Shown here: one piece after another, positions 15,201 through 30,051 of the stretch
Layout of the letters: every line of letters begins with the position of its first letter
Position numbering within the stretch: the first letter of the stretch is position 1
Assembly: GCF_009914755.1 (NCBI RefSeq)
Contig: NC_060926.1
Source: the human T2T-CHM13v2.0 reference genome, Homo sapiens
Strand: one strand, 5' to 3'
DNA: 64,000 nt
The notes under the pieces: generated by a model
Databases searched by the model: none
The model's input: the letters and a program-made list of their open reading frames with translations, nothing else
Told to the model about the DNA's origin: nothing
Position numbers and translations under genes: made by a program

Positions 15201-18200
15201 GTATGCAGGTATGAAAAGAGGTTAACATTCCAAAAATACATTTTGCAAACAACGACAATAATAATTAAATAGCAGATTATTTAAAGGAAACAAATAATTG
15301 TCTCAGAATTTGTTTTACATTAATAAAATTCATTTCATTAAAGACTAACTGCAATGACTTATATAGTCACAAAATTAAGACTCTTATTAGGAAAGACCAT
15401 CATCTAAATTGTGAACAATTTCAACCTTCTCTCCAATAGAACTGTATAAAGATAAGAGAGAATCATCATTTATAAACATTTCTAAGTGTTGCTTTAAATA
15501 TTAAACAAGATAATGTTGTTGGTTATAATATTAGAGTGACATTATACCCTTGAGAATTAACATCAGGATTGACAAATTGCATTCGTTTTTTTCCAGAACT
15601 ACATTTCCACATTGTCACATGAGTCCACATTATTATATGTCTGTGACTGAAATTACAGAATTCTAGTATGTGGCTTATACTGTAAGTTAAAACAGCCTCA
15701 AAACAGTAAAAGACTTGTTTCTCTTGCTTATAATCATTTGCTATCTTTAAATGAAATTAATTAAAAACAAAGTATGGAGTATGTATTTTTCAAAGGTGCT
15801 TGGTGTGCTTGGCAAAAATAAAACTTTTCATTTAGTATATATCTAGATTTTAAGTATCATTTACACAATAAACTCTTAAGTCTTTAAAAAAAATAAGATG
15901 TATATCCCCTTATTTGAGGAAGATAAACTTATTACAGAAAGAAGGGGAAAGAATATTCCAAATTAAAGTAAACATTTAAATATATCCATCAATAAAATAT
16001 ACATTATACCCTTTCCAAGATTGTCAGCTTTTGAATAAGAATGCAAAGCAAAACAGGTATGGACATCTGATGGTAATTGATAGATTGGTTTTGTGCACAG
16101 ATATTGAATGAGACTCTCTTTATCGGCATGACATGGAAGACTAAAAACAAGGCTTTGAAAAACCTTTAAAAACAAGTGACTTTTAAAAAGTTGAAAGAAG
16201 ATGGTAATCTTGATGACTAGGAAATATATTTAAATGCTGTTACAGCTACCTGCCATAAAATGTAAGTATCTTAAAGTAGTTAAATGACCAAACTGCTAAT
16301 GCTACTACAGAAAAAGCTGAACAGCTGTCTAGTCTAAATTTGTACACCTTGGTGCACTCTTTGCAATTAAATACTTTAATGCGCATAAACAAGAAACCAG
16401 TAAAGCATATAGAAAAATGTTTTGGCTAATGTTTTCTTTCTCATGCAAGTATGTGCTGTACATGTAATAAATATATTTTTGTTTGCTGGAAGATGCTCTT
16501 CTGTGTTCTAACAAAGTATTCAGTAATGGCAGGTTATATGTTTATTAAAGTGCCTAATGGATATAACTCTTTTAAAATGTCTTAACTGAAAGTTTTATAA
16601 GCTTCACTAGATGACAGAAGAATCTCACAAGCCAGTATCACATGTTAACTTTTAAAATTTACTAAGCCCATATTTTTTAATTGTATCAAATATTTGAAAT
16701 GACTTACAGAATTATAGGTATCCTCATTATCAGCTAAACAGGTTCATAATGGGGTACAAACACTGAACATAAATGCAGGGGGATGTGGTGAGGTTGTAAT
16801 GGGGTTCAAGATATATATATAACTCATCAGTAATGTGGAACTTATTTCCATGGTCAAGAAGATTACTGAACTGGTGCATGCTTTGAGTGCCTGAATGCTG
16901 AAAGGCTTGGGGAGAAAAGAAGATACTATAAAATTAATTATCATTATTTTCAAAAATAGGCTTCATGACATGTACTAGCAGAAAAGAACTTTTATGGCTG
17001 GACTTATTGGGGTTTTAGAAAATGCATGCACTATGGACATTTAGAAATAAGTTTTTTTTTTTAAAGACATTTGTGTAAAAAGGGTCAATTTCAATAATTT
17101 CTTAGATCAGAGTGAATCTAAGGCTTCCTTGATAATATAAAACATAGGTCACCAATTCCATAATTATAGCCACTGGAAAAACTGTGAAGACTTAATAAGA
17201 TGAAGAGGAGTGTTCATTAGAAATAAGGCAGCTCAATCTCCAAATTCTTTATAATTTTCTGCATTAAAAATGCTATAATTTTAGTCAACAAATATTTGCT
17301 GAATCTATGAGTTTATTTTTTACTGCAAGCTTTTAAAATCATTTGTTTCAACTTTTTTCAATTAGTCATTTTGTAAAAACATCTCCTGAATATCAAAGTT
17401 GAGTGTGTCCACATAAAACGAAATTCCTTAGCATGATTTAAAGAATTTGTTGAAGGGCCAGAACATTCAGATATTCAAAGACAGAGACTGAGAGAAGCAA
17501 TGGAAAGATACTCAATCTTGTTGGCAGGAAATACAGACCCTGCGTTTGTGTTAAGTGAAATAGATGAATTCCCACCTGGAAGTGTTTAGCATTGCACTCG
17601 GGAGGATTGGTACCACATCCTTACTATCTGACTTCAGATTCCTGGATGTATGTAGTTGTGCTCAGATTGATTAAAGGGAGAACAACACCCCATTTTATAT
17701 TTCACATAACCAGCTATGCTTGGGCCTCTCTTTACTATTCTCTCTCACTGCTGAAAAAAATTTGAGGTTTTTTGCTTGTTTGTATTTGTTTTTGCCAACT
17801 TCAAATGAGCTAACAGTACTGACCAAACAAAAAGCAAAACACTTTGAATACAACAGCTGTGCCAGGAAAGAAATAAAAATATTAAAATCTGAGGAGACTA
17901 TATAATTTCTGCATTAAGATTTCTGAGATTTTTTTTTTGGCACTATCAATACATTTGGTAAGTCTGAAAAGTCATTCTGGCAACATTAACATATATTAAA
18001 ATGTTTATACACTCCAACTTTAAGTGTAAATTTAGCTTCCAGCAAATAAATACCAAAGCTGGATTTGGCTTCTATTGGTATTTCGATTTTCTTATTAGTT
18101 TTTTTTTTTTTCCCCCAGATTTTTCAGTTGATTACAACATGCTCAAGTAGACTTTCTAGTCAATTCACCCAAATTCCAACAGGAATTGGTTTATAAATTG

Positions 18201-18552
18201 GTTCCAACTGGAACTGGTCATTTGGAATTTCCAGCATGGGAAATTATTTTATATGTGCCTTGTAAGTACCCTAAATTACAAATTGATGTGTCTAAATCTA
18301 TGAAGAAAACAAAATGTACTGTTATCATGTAAATGTTGCACTTAAAAATATCTATATGATCGGGCATCTAATATCCATCTAGACTCAAGGGCATAATGTA
18401 ATTTTTTTTTTTGCCCCTTACTTAGCATAAAATGACAGCAGCCCATTAGCACAGTAAATACTGTGCTATGTTAGCCAAGTTAAGATGATTGGTTTATCCT
18501 AGCACTGCTATGGCAAATTGTCAACAGATGAATATTTTTTGTTTCATTAGAC
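12205..18552 (-). other. CACNB4: CACNB4 long 3'UTR
   Basis: AT-rich, Alu-free tract following the stop codon. AATAAA (minus) at 12222-12227 is taken as the distal signal. The exact end is inferred. Confidence 0.7.
12222..12227 (-). terminator. CACNB4: Probable distal polyadenylation signal AATAAA of CACNB4
   Basis: tttatt on plus, followed on minus by a U/C-rich tract. Position fits the recalled ~6 kb UTR. Confidence 0.6.
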
Positions 18553-18813
<261 letters not shown>

Positions 18814-20724
18814 CTAAAAATATCAGATAGTTCATTGATTAAATAATGTCAGCTTCATTCATCTAAACATGTAAATGTATGTAAAATCATAGGATCTGTA
18901 CAATAAGATGCTAAATATCTGACTTAATAAGGCATCCTGATGCACCAATGATCTGCTTAGAATATCTGGTCTTATTTATTTGGGACACAACATGAAAAGA
19001 TGCCAGAGTGTTGATAGTTTATGAGTTTAATTCCACAGTGCTGAATGACTATGCTTCCTATTACAAATGTAGAATTGAAAGCTAACTGTTAAATGGAACT
19101 TAATATATTTAGGAAGTTCTAATAATTCCATTTCTATTGCAAAAATGAAAATTATTTTACTATTGGGAAATAAAGTTCAGAATAGCATTTATTATTTCTC
19201 TCTTGAATTGATATAATCTTTCTCCTTCTAAAGTAACACACCTCACCTTGATCTAACTGAATATTCCTTATACCTTTTAAAAACATTTTAATAAAATTAT
19301 TATTTGTGCTGTTCATAAAATAAAGTGTTTCTGCATCCTACATAAATGTAATAATCTTTCCAAGGGTGTATACAATAATTATGAAGCCAGCTAATTGATA
19401 CATTTATAAATCTTGCTTCCTCAACTAAAATGTCCTGCAAAATAATCTTCCAATATAAACGAAATTCCTCTAATACCATTAATTGAAATTAGCATCTTAA
19501 GATACTTATTTGAAGGCTCAGAAAATGTTATTCAACATTTTTCTCCACTATGAGAAAACATTTATCTACTTGTGTCTACTGGTTTAGGTAGGTCACATCA
19601 GTTAAGGCACAGGATCCTGCTGAAACCATGGGCCCAGACACATCTCATCTAAAGTACACTCAGATTCAGGCAGAAGGAAATTCATTTGACAGGTCACAGA
19701 CTGTGCCTTTAACCTCAGGTGCCTCACAATGAAGTGTCAATTGTTACTGGGAGAAGAAATAGGCCACAGAATAAAGGGCAACACATTAACTCATTAGTGA
19801 AACAGGGAGAACCACTCTAGGTGGATGTCTTAGCAGTGATGAGTCAAGATTGTTGTATTCAATATAAAAGTGCAACATTGCATTTCTACGTACATTACAG
19901 AAGTGTATTGCTTCATGCATCTATTTCTCATTCTGTAATGTACAATTCAGAGCCAATCCACACTAGTCAATAGTAATGTACACTCAGATCAGCCCATGGG
20001 AAGTGAAACAAGGCATGAAATAGTCCTAATGCATGCGTATGTGCTGTACATTACCACAGTACATTTTTCATGTTCATTTCTAGTTTCAAAAGCTATTCAT
20101 TTGCATGACAGTTTTTCTGCTTACAAAGATGCAATTTTGTAACAGAGTAATACAGCTATAATAGCATTTCAGAGAGTGCCATTTATCTCAGAGTTAACTC
20201 TGTATGATCGACAATTAAGACTATCATTATAATCCATTAAAACAAAACTCATCATGATACAAGAGGGCTCAATTGACTACATGTTCCTCAGTTTGCTGCG
20301 GGTTTGGCCACATTCCAGCAGCTACTTGATGAATGGTAAATAATAATTGATGTAGAAAGGCAGGCTCATTTTGTACCATAAGGTCTCTGGTTCCCTATCT
20401 CTACCTCTGAGTGCAATACCAGAACAGCAGAAGGGAGAACCTCTTGATCCTGTGTTCGTCACCAGCTTCCCTAAAGGACACGTGCCACAGCCACTTACAA
20501 AGGTGGGCACCTGCACAGCCCCAAGAAAACTCAGGGATCAGTTACTGTTTCTGAACAGAGCAGCTCTACTTATATCCACATTGTCTTGTGCAAGGTAGAG
20601 AGCAGGCCTAGCAACCTGGGTGCGGCAGGATTAATTAAGGGCAGCTGAAAGGCCTATCTGCACCTATATATCTTACTTAGCTATTGTGTAATCCTTAAGA
20701 AGTGGCATTAAGAAGTAATGGAGG

Positions 20725-21030
20725 GGCCAGGAGTGGTGGCTCATGATGGTAATTTCAACATTTTGGGAGGCCAAGGCAGGAAGATTGCTTGAAGCCAGGA
20801 GTTTGAGATCATCCTGGGCAACAAAGTGAGACACTGACACTGTCTCTACAATTTTTTTTTTTTAATTATCCATGTGTGTGGTATGTGCCTGTAGTCCCAG
20901 CTATTTGGGAGGCTGAGGCAGCAGGACTGCATAAGCCCATGAGTCCAGGAATTTGAGGCTGTAGTGAGCTATGATCATATCACTGCATTCCAGCCTGAAC
21001 AACAGAGTGAGACTATGTCTCTAAAAAAAA
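20725..21030 (+). mobile_element. Alu (AluJ-type)
   Basis: Diverged dimer. TSD aagtaatgg. Confidence 0.92.
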
Positions 21031-21294
21031 GTAATGGGCAGGTGCATTGAGTAGGCATTACGTTTGCCAGCAGAGTTTAGACATAGGAGGAGTTAATTTA
21101 CCTAAGTAAAATCCACTGTAAATTCACAGACAGCATAATTCTCAGGAAATTGTCAGTCTCTGGGTAGTTTTCTCTAGGATAGATCATAATTAGATAATAT
21201 TTAAGATTTTTAAATATAATGTGCACATAGTGTTCCCTCTTCAGATTAAGGATGACTCCAGTCTCCATCCTAATCAAGTTCCCATAGAATTTTA

Positions 21295-21546
<252 letters not shown>

Positions 21547-21702
21547 TTACTTCCATTTTAGGTTTTAGGCAATGAAACCTAAAATTCCACTTAACACAGA
21601 TAATAGCATTTTTAATAGCTATTAGCTAAAATCAAATTTGAGGTGCTATATGGGCAGTTTCTAAAGTTAGGGTCAAGTGAAGAGTTACACAGTTATCCAT
21701 GA

Positions 21703-22066
<364 letters not shown>

Positions 22067-22744
22067 GGATTTTTCATTATTTAGAAAGAAAAAGATGAAG
22101 TAAGTGTAAATGTGTTACAGGTAAAATATGACAAAAACCCACGTGTATTCACATCTTTAGCCATGTATTCCTATAGAGCTGCACTCTACACACTTTGGAA
22201 TATGAGAGAAGCAAGTTTGTGGCACTGAGAAGGGAGTTCTAGACATGTTTTGGGCAATGACCACATCAATGGAATAAACATTTTTTCTCCTAAGGTAACT
22301 ATGTTGAAGGGAATAACATTTACTTAGGTAATTTTCAGAATGCTTGTGAAAATAACATTATCTGTTTTATGATAAAACAATAAGGAAAGAAAGTTTAGGA
22401 TTAATAACAGAAAACCACATGGCAGTGGTTTCTGCTACCACAAGATCATTTTGTGAAATGGTTAAAAAAGAACAAGGGGTGTTTAGTTAGGGAAAGCAGG
22501 GGGTCACAAAAGAAGTATCTGCTGTCCACGTTTCGGACAGTAAGGCCATTGTTCAACATCTGGTCTGTACTCAGGAAGTTGTTCTGTTCCAGAGGAGCAG
22601 GGTGGCCCCCCTGTCATTGCAGTGTGGCTGGGAACACAGACAGGATATACCCCAGACATATACTCTTCAGAGGGAAACCAGAAAACTTTGGCACCACACA
22701 AAGAGAAAAGTCATTCCACAGGTAAGTGTTAGCACATCTCAACT

Positions 22745-23125
<381 letters not shown>

Positions 23126-25963
23126 TAAGAACCTCCCAGGAATGAATCAAAGACAGGGTCACTGCCATCGGCACTGATAAAGCTGGCTGAAATTAGGTTA
23201 ATGGCAACTGGATGATGTGAAGTTAGTGGTGTCTCAGTTCAGTCATTCTCTTCTGTGCTTAGAACAAGGACTCCTGAAGCAGAAGTCACCATGGAAACAA
23301 TCTCTCTCCCAACATTTACTATTTAAATGTTTCATCACATCAATTTTTATGGAAAATTTTGGCCTTAAATTGGAAAGCCATTTGGGGTTCTTGGAACAAG
23401 ACTAGGAAAAGAATAAGATGACTTCAGTCCAAATGGACTCATGTTTGAGAAGACTTAGCCAGTTCAACTCATGTAGAAAATTCCCCCCAACCAAGAACAG
23501 TTATTAGTAGATTTCAGATTATTTTGCATATTTTATTCATTCATAAAATACTCAGTCCCTATTTTCTTCTAGGCACTGTGGGTATACAGTGGCAAGGAAA
23601 ACAGACATCTTACGCTCAAGAAGCATAAAGTGTGGTGGGAGAGATAAGTATTAAAATCCATAATAATCTATGTCACACTGGGACTTTAATTCAGAAAAAT
23701 AAAGAGACTGAGCCAGTTAACGTTTGAAGCTGCAGCATAAAGTTCTGGATTTGGAAGGAGGCTTGGAGAGATGTGTGAAAACTGAACTTACAAGGAAGGG
23801 GAAGTTACGAGTAAGCCAAAGAATGTTATCTGTAGAGGGACGAAAATAAAACAAAAAAAAAGAGAAGCAGAGGCACAATGGAAGAAAGAGATCATATGGC
23901 CATGAGTGCCAAGGAAAGCAGCTACTGCCTAGAGTTTCTGTCAACATATATGCTTACAATAAATCCCCTTTTCCACTAAAGTAACCCAAGGGAATTCCTT
24001 GTCTCTTGCAATCAAAAGCCCCTCCCCAACTCATGTAAAAGTTCAACAGTTACAAATATAGAATCTCAGAACTGTCCATGATGCTTTGACATAAATAGAG
24101 GCATCGAGGTGCTGACTTGAGTGAGACAAGGACAGCTACACCCCAAAGGACATCCACAGACTCAGATGGCACAGGAGGAAGAAAGAGGAAACGAGGCAGC
24201 ACCAGAACAAAGGACCAGTCTTTCCGCCATTCCAGGCTAAAGTGTGCTGCAAGTTCTACATTTTATGTGACTTGGAGTTGGTTGTTTATATCATTTTATT
24301 TATGTGAACCATAAAATTTGATTACATGGGTCTCATTCTATAATATGGGTTTGATTAGTCTCAACAAATCATTTTCTTGCTGTTTCTTAAAGTGCCAAAC
24401 TGAAAAACCTTCCAAGGATACCTAGGCCGGATGGGTCCTGACATTCACAGCCAGGATTGCAAAGCCCAAGGAGGGTAAGCAGCACCTATGGCAGAATGTT
24501 ATTTGAATGAGGTTTATATCTACTTGGCCGTTCTACTTGTTACATTGTCACGGTTGTAGACATAATTAGTGGCACATTTAATTGCCATAAGTTTAATAAA
24601 GCACTTCTCTTTGCCAATGAATGGATAGAATTTGTATATATCAGCACATGGTATAAGCCTCAGTCATTTCTAGGAAACTGCTTTTGCACTGCTAAAAGAC
24701 AGATACAGGTTGGAAGATGACTTGAAACTGCTTTTAGGCTTTCAAAAAACACAGAGAAAAGCAAATTTCTGCTTCTGAATGAATACTGACATATGTGGCT
24801 TATTTTCATCTAGGAAGAATTTCACAGCCTGTATATCTGTGACAATTTTTCTCTTTAGCTGTTTAGGAAATAACACAGCTGAGTAGATCAGAGTGATAGA
24901 AACTCAGTATCAGGGGAAAACAATTTTTAAAAATCATACAAGAAATGCAAAAAGAAGCAACCCAATGAATTATGCAAACCAGCTATGCCAATTTTTCATA
25001 AATTTAAAGGTTCAAGTGTAGTCAGCTCCTTACTATGCAATATGTGGCCTGCAGCATGGGCTATGGATGCAGAGAGCTCCTAATCAGCAGAAGTCCCGGG
25101 CAGCGAACAGTTACCCACTCGGTGATACCATGCCCTTGGTGCAGCCCAAGAGAAGGGCAACGCTGAGCTGTTTTCAAAGCATGGCCACAGGGAACACCTT
25201 TGCCCTTGTATGATGGGATATTCTCTTCAGCTGAGGTAGACAGAATGGTGTGGCTGCCAAAGTAAATAAGTAGTGAATAGGGGAATCAAAACAAACCATC
25301 AAAAAAATCAGGCACATTAGGCCCCCTTTCTGGATAAGCTCCTTCAAGAAAATTAAAAAGAAAAGCATTGTAAATAACGAAGAGTGAAAAACATGCCTCT
25401 AGCTCATTTAGTGGGTATGAAAGCTAAAATGGCAGAGAAGAAAGAAAGGGGAAGAAAGACTGAAACTGAATAAAATGGAAATGAATACTTGCAAGGTCTT
25501 TAAAAAAAAGTATTTAACCATCTGTTTGGTACTCCATTTACAGAGTAAGAAGTAATGCTCTTTACTAGGGAAGCCACCTGAATTAAGGTGACCAATGATT
25601 GTGGTTGCTGGGGATCTCAGTGTTTCAGGAGACATGAGACTATCACTGCTAAACCTTGAAAATTCTGAGCAAATGGTGGGTCACCCTACTTTTTACAGAA
25701 GATACAGTGCTCTCCGGGTCCTACCTGGAGGAAATGAAGCATATTCCATTTATTTCTTTTCAATTCTTTTTGGAGGGAAGATATATAAAGACACTGGGTA
25801 AGTCTTCCTTAATGACTATAAAATACATATTTTCTAGCATGGAGGGGAGAATCTCATTAAAACTAATGCATATTGTCTGTTTTTTTAAATCTAGGAAGCT
25901 ATTGAATATTTTTAATAAAAAGTTTATAAACTGTAGAAACTAATTTTGCAGTTTAATTTTAAC

Positions 25964-26287
25964 TTTTGTTTGTTTGTTTTTTGTTTTGTTTTGTTTTGTT
26001 TTTTGGAGATAGGGTCTCACTCCAACGCCCAGGCTGGAGTGCAGTGGCATAATCTCCGATCACTGAAGCCTTAATCTCTGGGGCTCGGGTGATTGTCCCA
26101 CCTCAGCCTCCTGAGTAACTGGGACTACAGATATGCACCACCACATCCAGCTAATTTTTTGTAGTTTTTGGTAGGGATGGGTTTTCCCCATGTTGCCCAG
26201 GCTCATATTGAACTCATGGGCTCAAGTGATCCACCTGCCTCAGCCTCCCAAAGTGCTGGGATTACAGGCATGAGCCACTGTGCCTGA
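25964..26287 (-). mobile_element. Alu (AluJ-type)
   Basis: Full dimer with (TTTTG)n tail. Confidence 0.92.
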
Positions 26288-26562
26288 ACTTCACTTTTTA
26301 AAGTTGGCTCATTACTGAATATTAGCTAGACAGGGGATTAAATGTAACAAAACTCTCCCATGCATATAATAATAATTATAATGATACGCATTGCTTTACA
26401 TTTATTTGTTGTACATAGATAAAACTGCATGTTGGGCATTTTTCTTATTTCTAAGTGGTAAAAAGAAATAATATGGGTGAGCACACTTTTATTTCCTTGC
26501 TATTGTAAAATATAGAGACCCTGAAACTGACACCAAAAAAAAAAAAAAAAAAAAAGATTGGG

Positions 26563-26820
26563 GCAGCACTTTGGGAGGCCAAGGCAGGAGGATTAGTTGA
26601 GCCCAGAGGTTCAAGACCAGCCTAGGCAACATGGCAAAACCCTGTCTCTACAAAAAATCAAAAAATGAGCTGGGCTTAGTGGCATATTCCTATGGACCCA
26701 GCTACTGGGGAGGCTGAGGTAGAAGGATTGCTTGAGCTGGGGAGGTCATGATTGCACCACTGCACTCCAGCCTGAACAACAGAGCAAGACCCTGTCTCAA
26801 CAAAACAAAACAAAACAAAC
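26563..26820 (+). mobile_element. Alu (AluJ-type), 5' slightly truncated
   Basis: Alu dimer with (CAAAA)n tail. Confidence 0.88.
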
Positions 26821-27043
26821 CATGCACAAAAAAAGACTGGCAAGTACTGTTCAGTAAAATCAAACGGCTGAATGGTACAACATGTAATGCTAATTATAAA
26901 AATAATCAACCCAATGGTTCTTTCATATCAAAACTCCATTCTTTACATTATTAAAGCTTTTGAGATTCTCAGTATTTAACTCACTGGTCAACTAATGATG
27001 GGAAATTAGACTCTAAGTTGAAGGGCTTTTAAAAGATCTATGA

Positions 27044-27323
<280 letters not shown>

Positions 27324-28604
27324 TTAGTTCCAGGTAGTTTCCACTTTAATGAGCTAAACAGGAAAGATAATCATAATTCTTGCCAGTAATTGGTGAGGTT
27401 AAAATGAGGGCAAAAAATATATAACTTTGATTCTTTTGACTTCCTCTCTCTTGATAATTTGTGACACTTGATGTGAACCCAAACATGTTTTCCTCCCCAC
27501 GCCCCTCCATCTGTCCATTCGTATTCTTCAAAGATAATACCATCTACCAACATTAGTGCCTACAGAAAAGGTATCCCATGCTTCTGTTAAAGTCAGATTA
27601 ATTGGATGTGCTAGATCATAGCATTGGTGGGAATGAACTACCCCTAACTCGATATACCCAAGTCCAGTGGCTGAAATCCCTGGAAAAGGTGTAGTCCCCT
27701 TTGGGCTGAGAGAAATTGGATCCCATGTGGTCTTATTTCATGAAGCAAACATCTGAAATTGATTACCCCCCTTTTCAAAAGCAATGTTAGGAATTAAACT
27801 GTGGACATCCAGGGGCTGTGAATAATGAATGCACCAATGAGGAGAGCACTTCAAATAGACAGGTAAATCCACACGATTCTAAATAATTCAAATAAAATGA
27901 CTGGAAGAGGGCAGTGGAAAATTACTACTGTGAGAGCAATATGATCAAGGATAACTGGGCACTATCATTCGCTCCAGAATTCTTGTGTTTCATAGGATAA
28001 ATCTGAGTCCATTCAGCAGTGGAAAATAAAGGGCGACAGAACAGAGTGACCATGGTTACTGTAACATTAGAGGTTTGCAAGACTCTACTGAGGAGATGAG
28101 TTCCCCTCTCCCAGAAGGAGTGATCAATGTCATTTTACACACAAAAAAACATTACACAGCTCAAACAGCCACAGGGTCAGCTTTGGGTAACACAAGCCAG
28201 ATTGTAACTAAGTAGGATTAAAGGATTACATTTCATTTATATGTTCAATTGTCTGTCTCTCAGCTTTTCTTCTTATTACCATAGTACTGGGGAAGTTTAC
28301 ACTTGGCCTTCTTAAAAAACATACTATTTTCAACTTATCTGAAGAGAAAAAGAATATCAATACTTGGTAGAAGCAAAAAGAAATAAAAAAATGTAGTGTA
28401 TAGATGTATAATGGCAATACAAAATCAGGCTGGTCATATTAAAAAAAAAATGAGATGGGTTTGCAGGTCCTGTTCCCCTAGGTCCCCTTTTGTCTGCATC
28501 CCATCTTTTCTTCTGTGAATTCCGAATGGGCAACGAGAGGAAAGTCCTTCCTCTTCCAAAGTAGAACTATCCAGTAGCCCATTTTCCCCACTCATCTTAC
28601 TGTC

Positions 28605-29272
28605 TATGACAGATTTTAAATGGTCACAAATTCCTTGACATTCCCTCATGGAGATGAAGAGTTATATCCCCTCTCCTTGAATTTAGGCAGCCTCTGTGAT
28701 TTTTTTTTCTTTTAAGAGACAATGTCTCACTCTGTCGGGTAGAGTGCAGTGGCATAATCCTGGCTCACTGCAGCTCCAAACTCCTGGGTTCAAGCAATTC
28801 TCTCACCTCAGCCTACCAAGGAGCTAGGACTATGCCCAGCTAATTTTTAAAAATTTCCTTTTAGAGACAAGGTCTCAGTATGTCTCCCAGGTTAAAGGGC
28901 AGTGGCACAATCACAGCTCAGTGCAGCCTTGAACTCCTAGGCTCAAGCCACCTTCCTGTTTCAACCTCCTGAGTAGCTGGGACTACAGGCACTCACCATG
29001 CACCCAGCTCTTTGTGAGTATTTTGATAAACAGAATGCTGTGGAAATGATGTGGTCTGGTATCTATGCCCAGGCTGTAAAAGATTGGAATCTTTGCTCAT
29101 GGAGCCTGGGAGCTGCCACGTAAGAGCCTGTATTCAAAAAGAGCTGGCTGAGCCCAGCCTTCAGCCATTTCTGCTAAGGTACCAGGTCAGCCGCCAGCTG
29201 AATACTACAAGTGGCCATTGTTTGAAGTGACTGAGTTTTGGGGATTATTTTATTGCAGAGTAATAGATAACC
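28605..29272 (+). mobile_element. MaLR LTR (MLT1-like) interrupted by a minus-strand Alu (~28700-29009)
   Basis: MLT1-type 3' end (gagttttggggattattttattgcagagtaatagataac) with Alu sequence in the middle. Confidence 0.55.
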
Positions 29273-29284
29273 ATAGCTTGGTCC

Positions 29285-29505
29285 CAGAACAAGGGGGCAA
29301 GTTCAGTTTGCCAGCTAAATCAGGCCTGTCTCATGCCTCTACGAAGTTTGATTGGAACACAGCTACACCCATTTGTTTACACACTGTCTATGTTTGCTTT
29401 CCTGCTCGAGAGCAGAGATGAGTAGTTTTGCAAAGGAGTCTATATAGCCCACAAAGCCTAAGATATTACTATCTGGCCCTTTACTTAAAAAGTTCACCGA
29501 TCTCT
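29285..29505 (-). mobile_element. MER58-like hAT relic
   Basis: cccacaaagcctaagatattactatctggccctttac motif typical of MER58. Confidence 0.65.
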
Positions 29506-29530
29506 CTCCTAGAAAAATCCTTACCCATGA

Positions 29531-30051
<521 letters not shown>

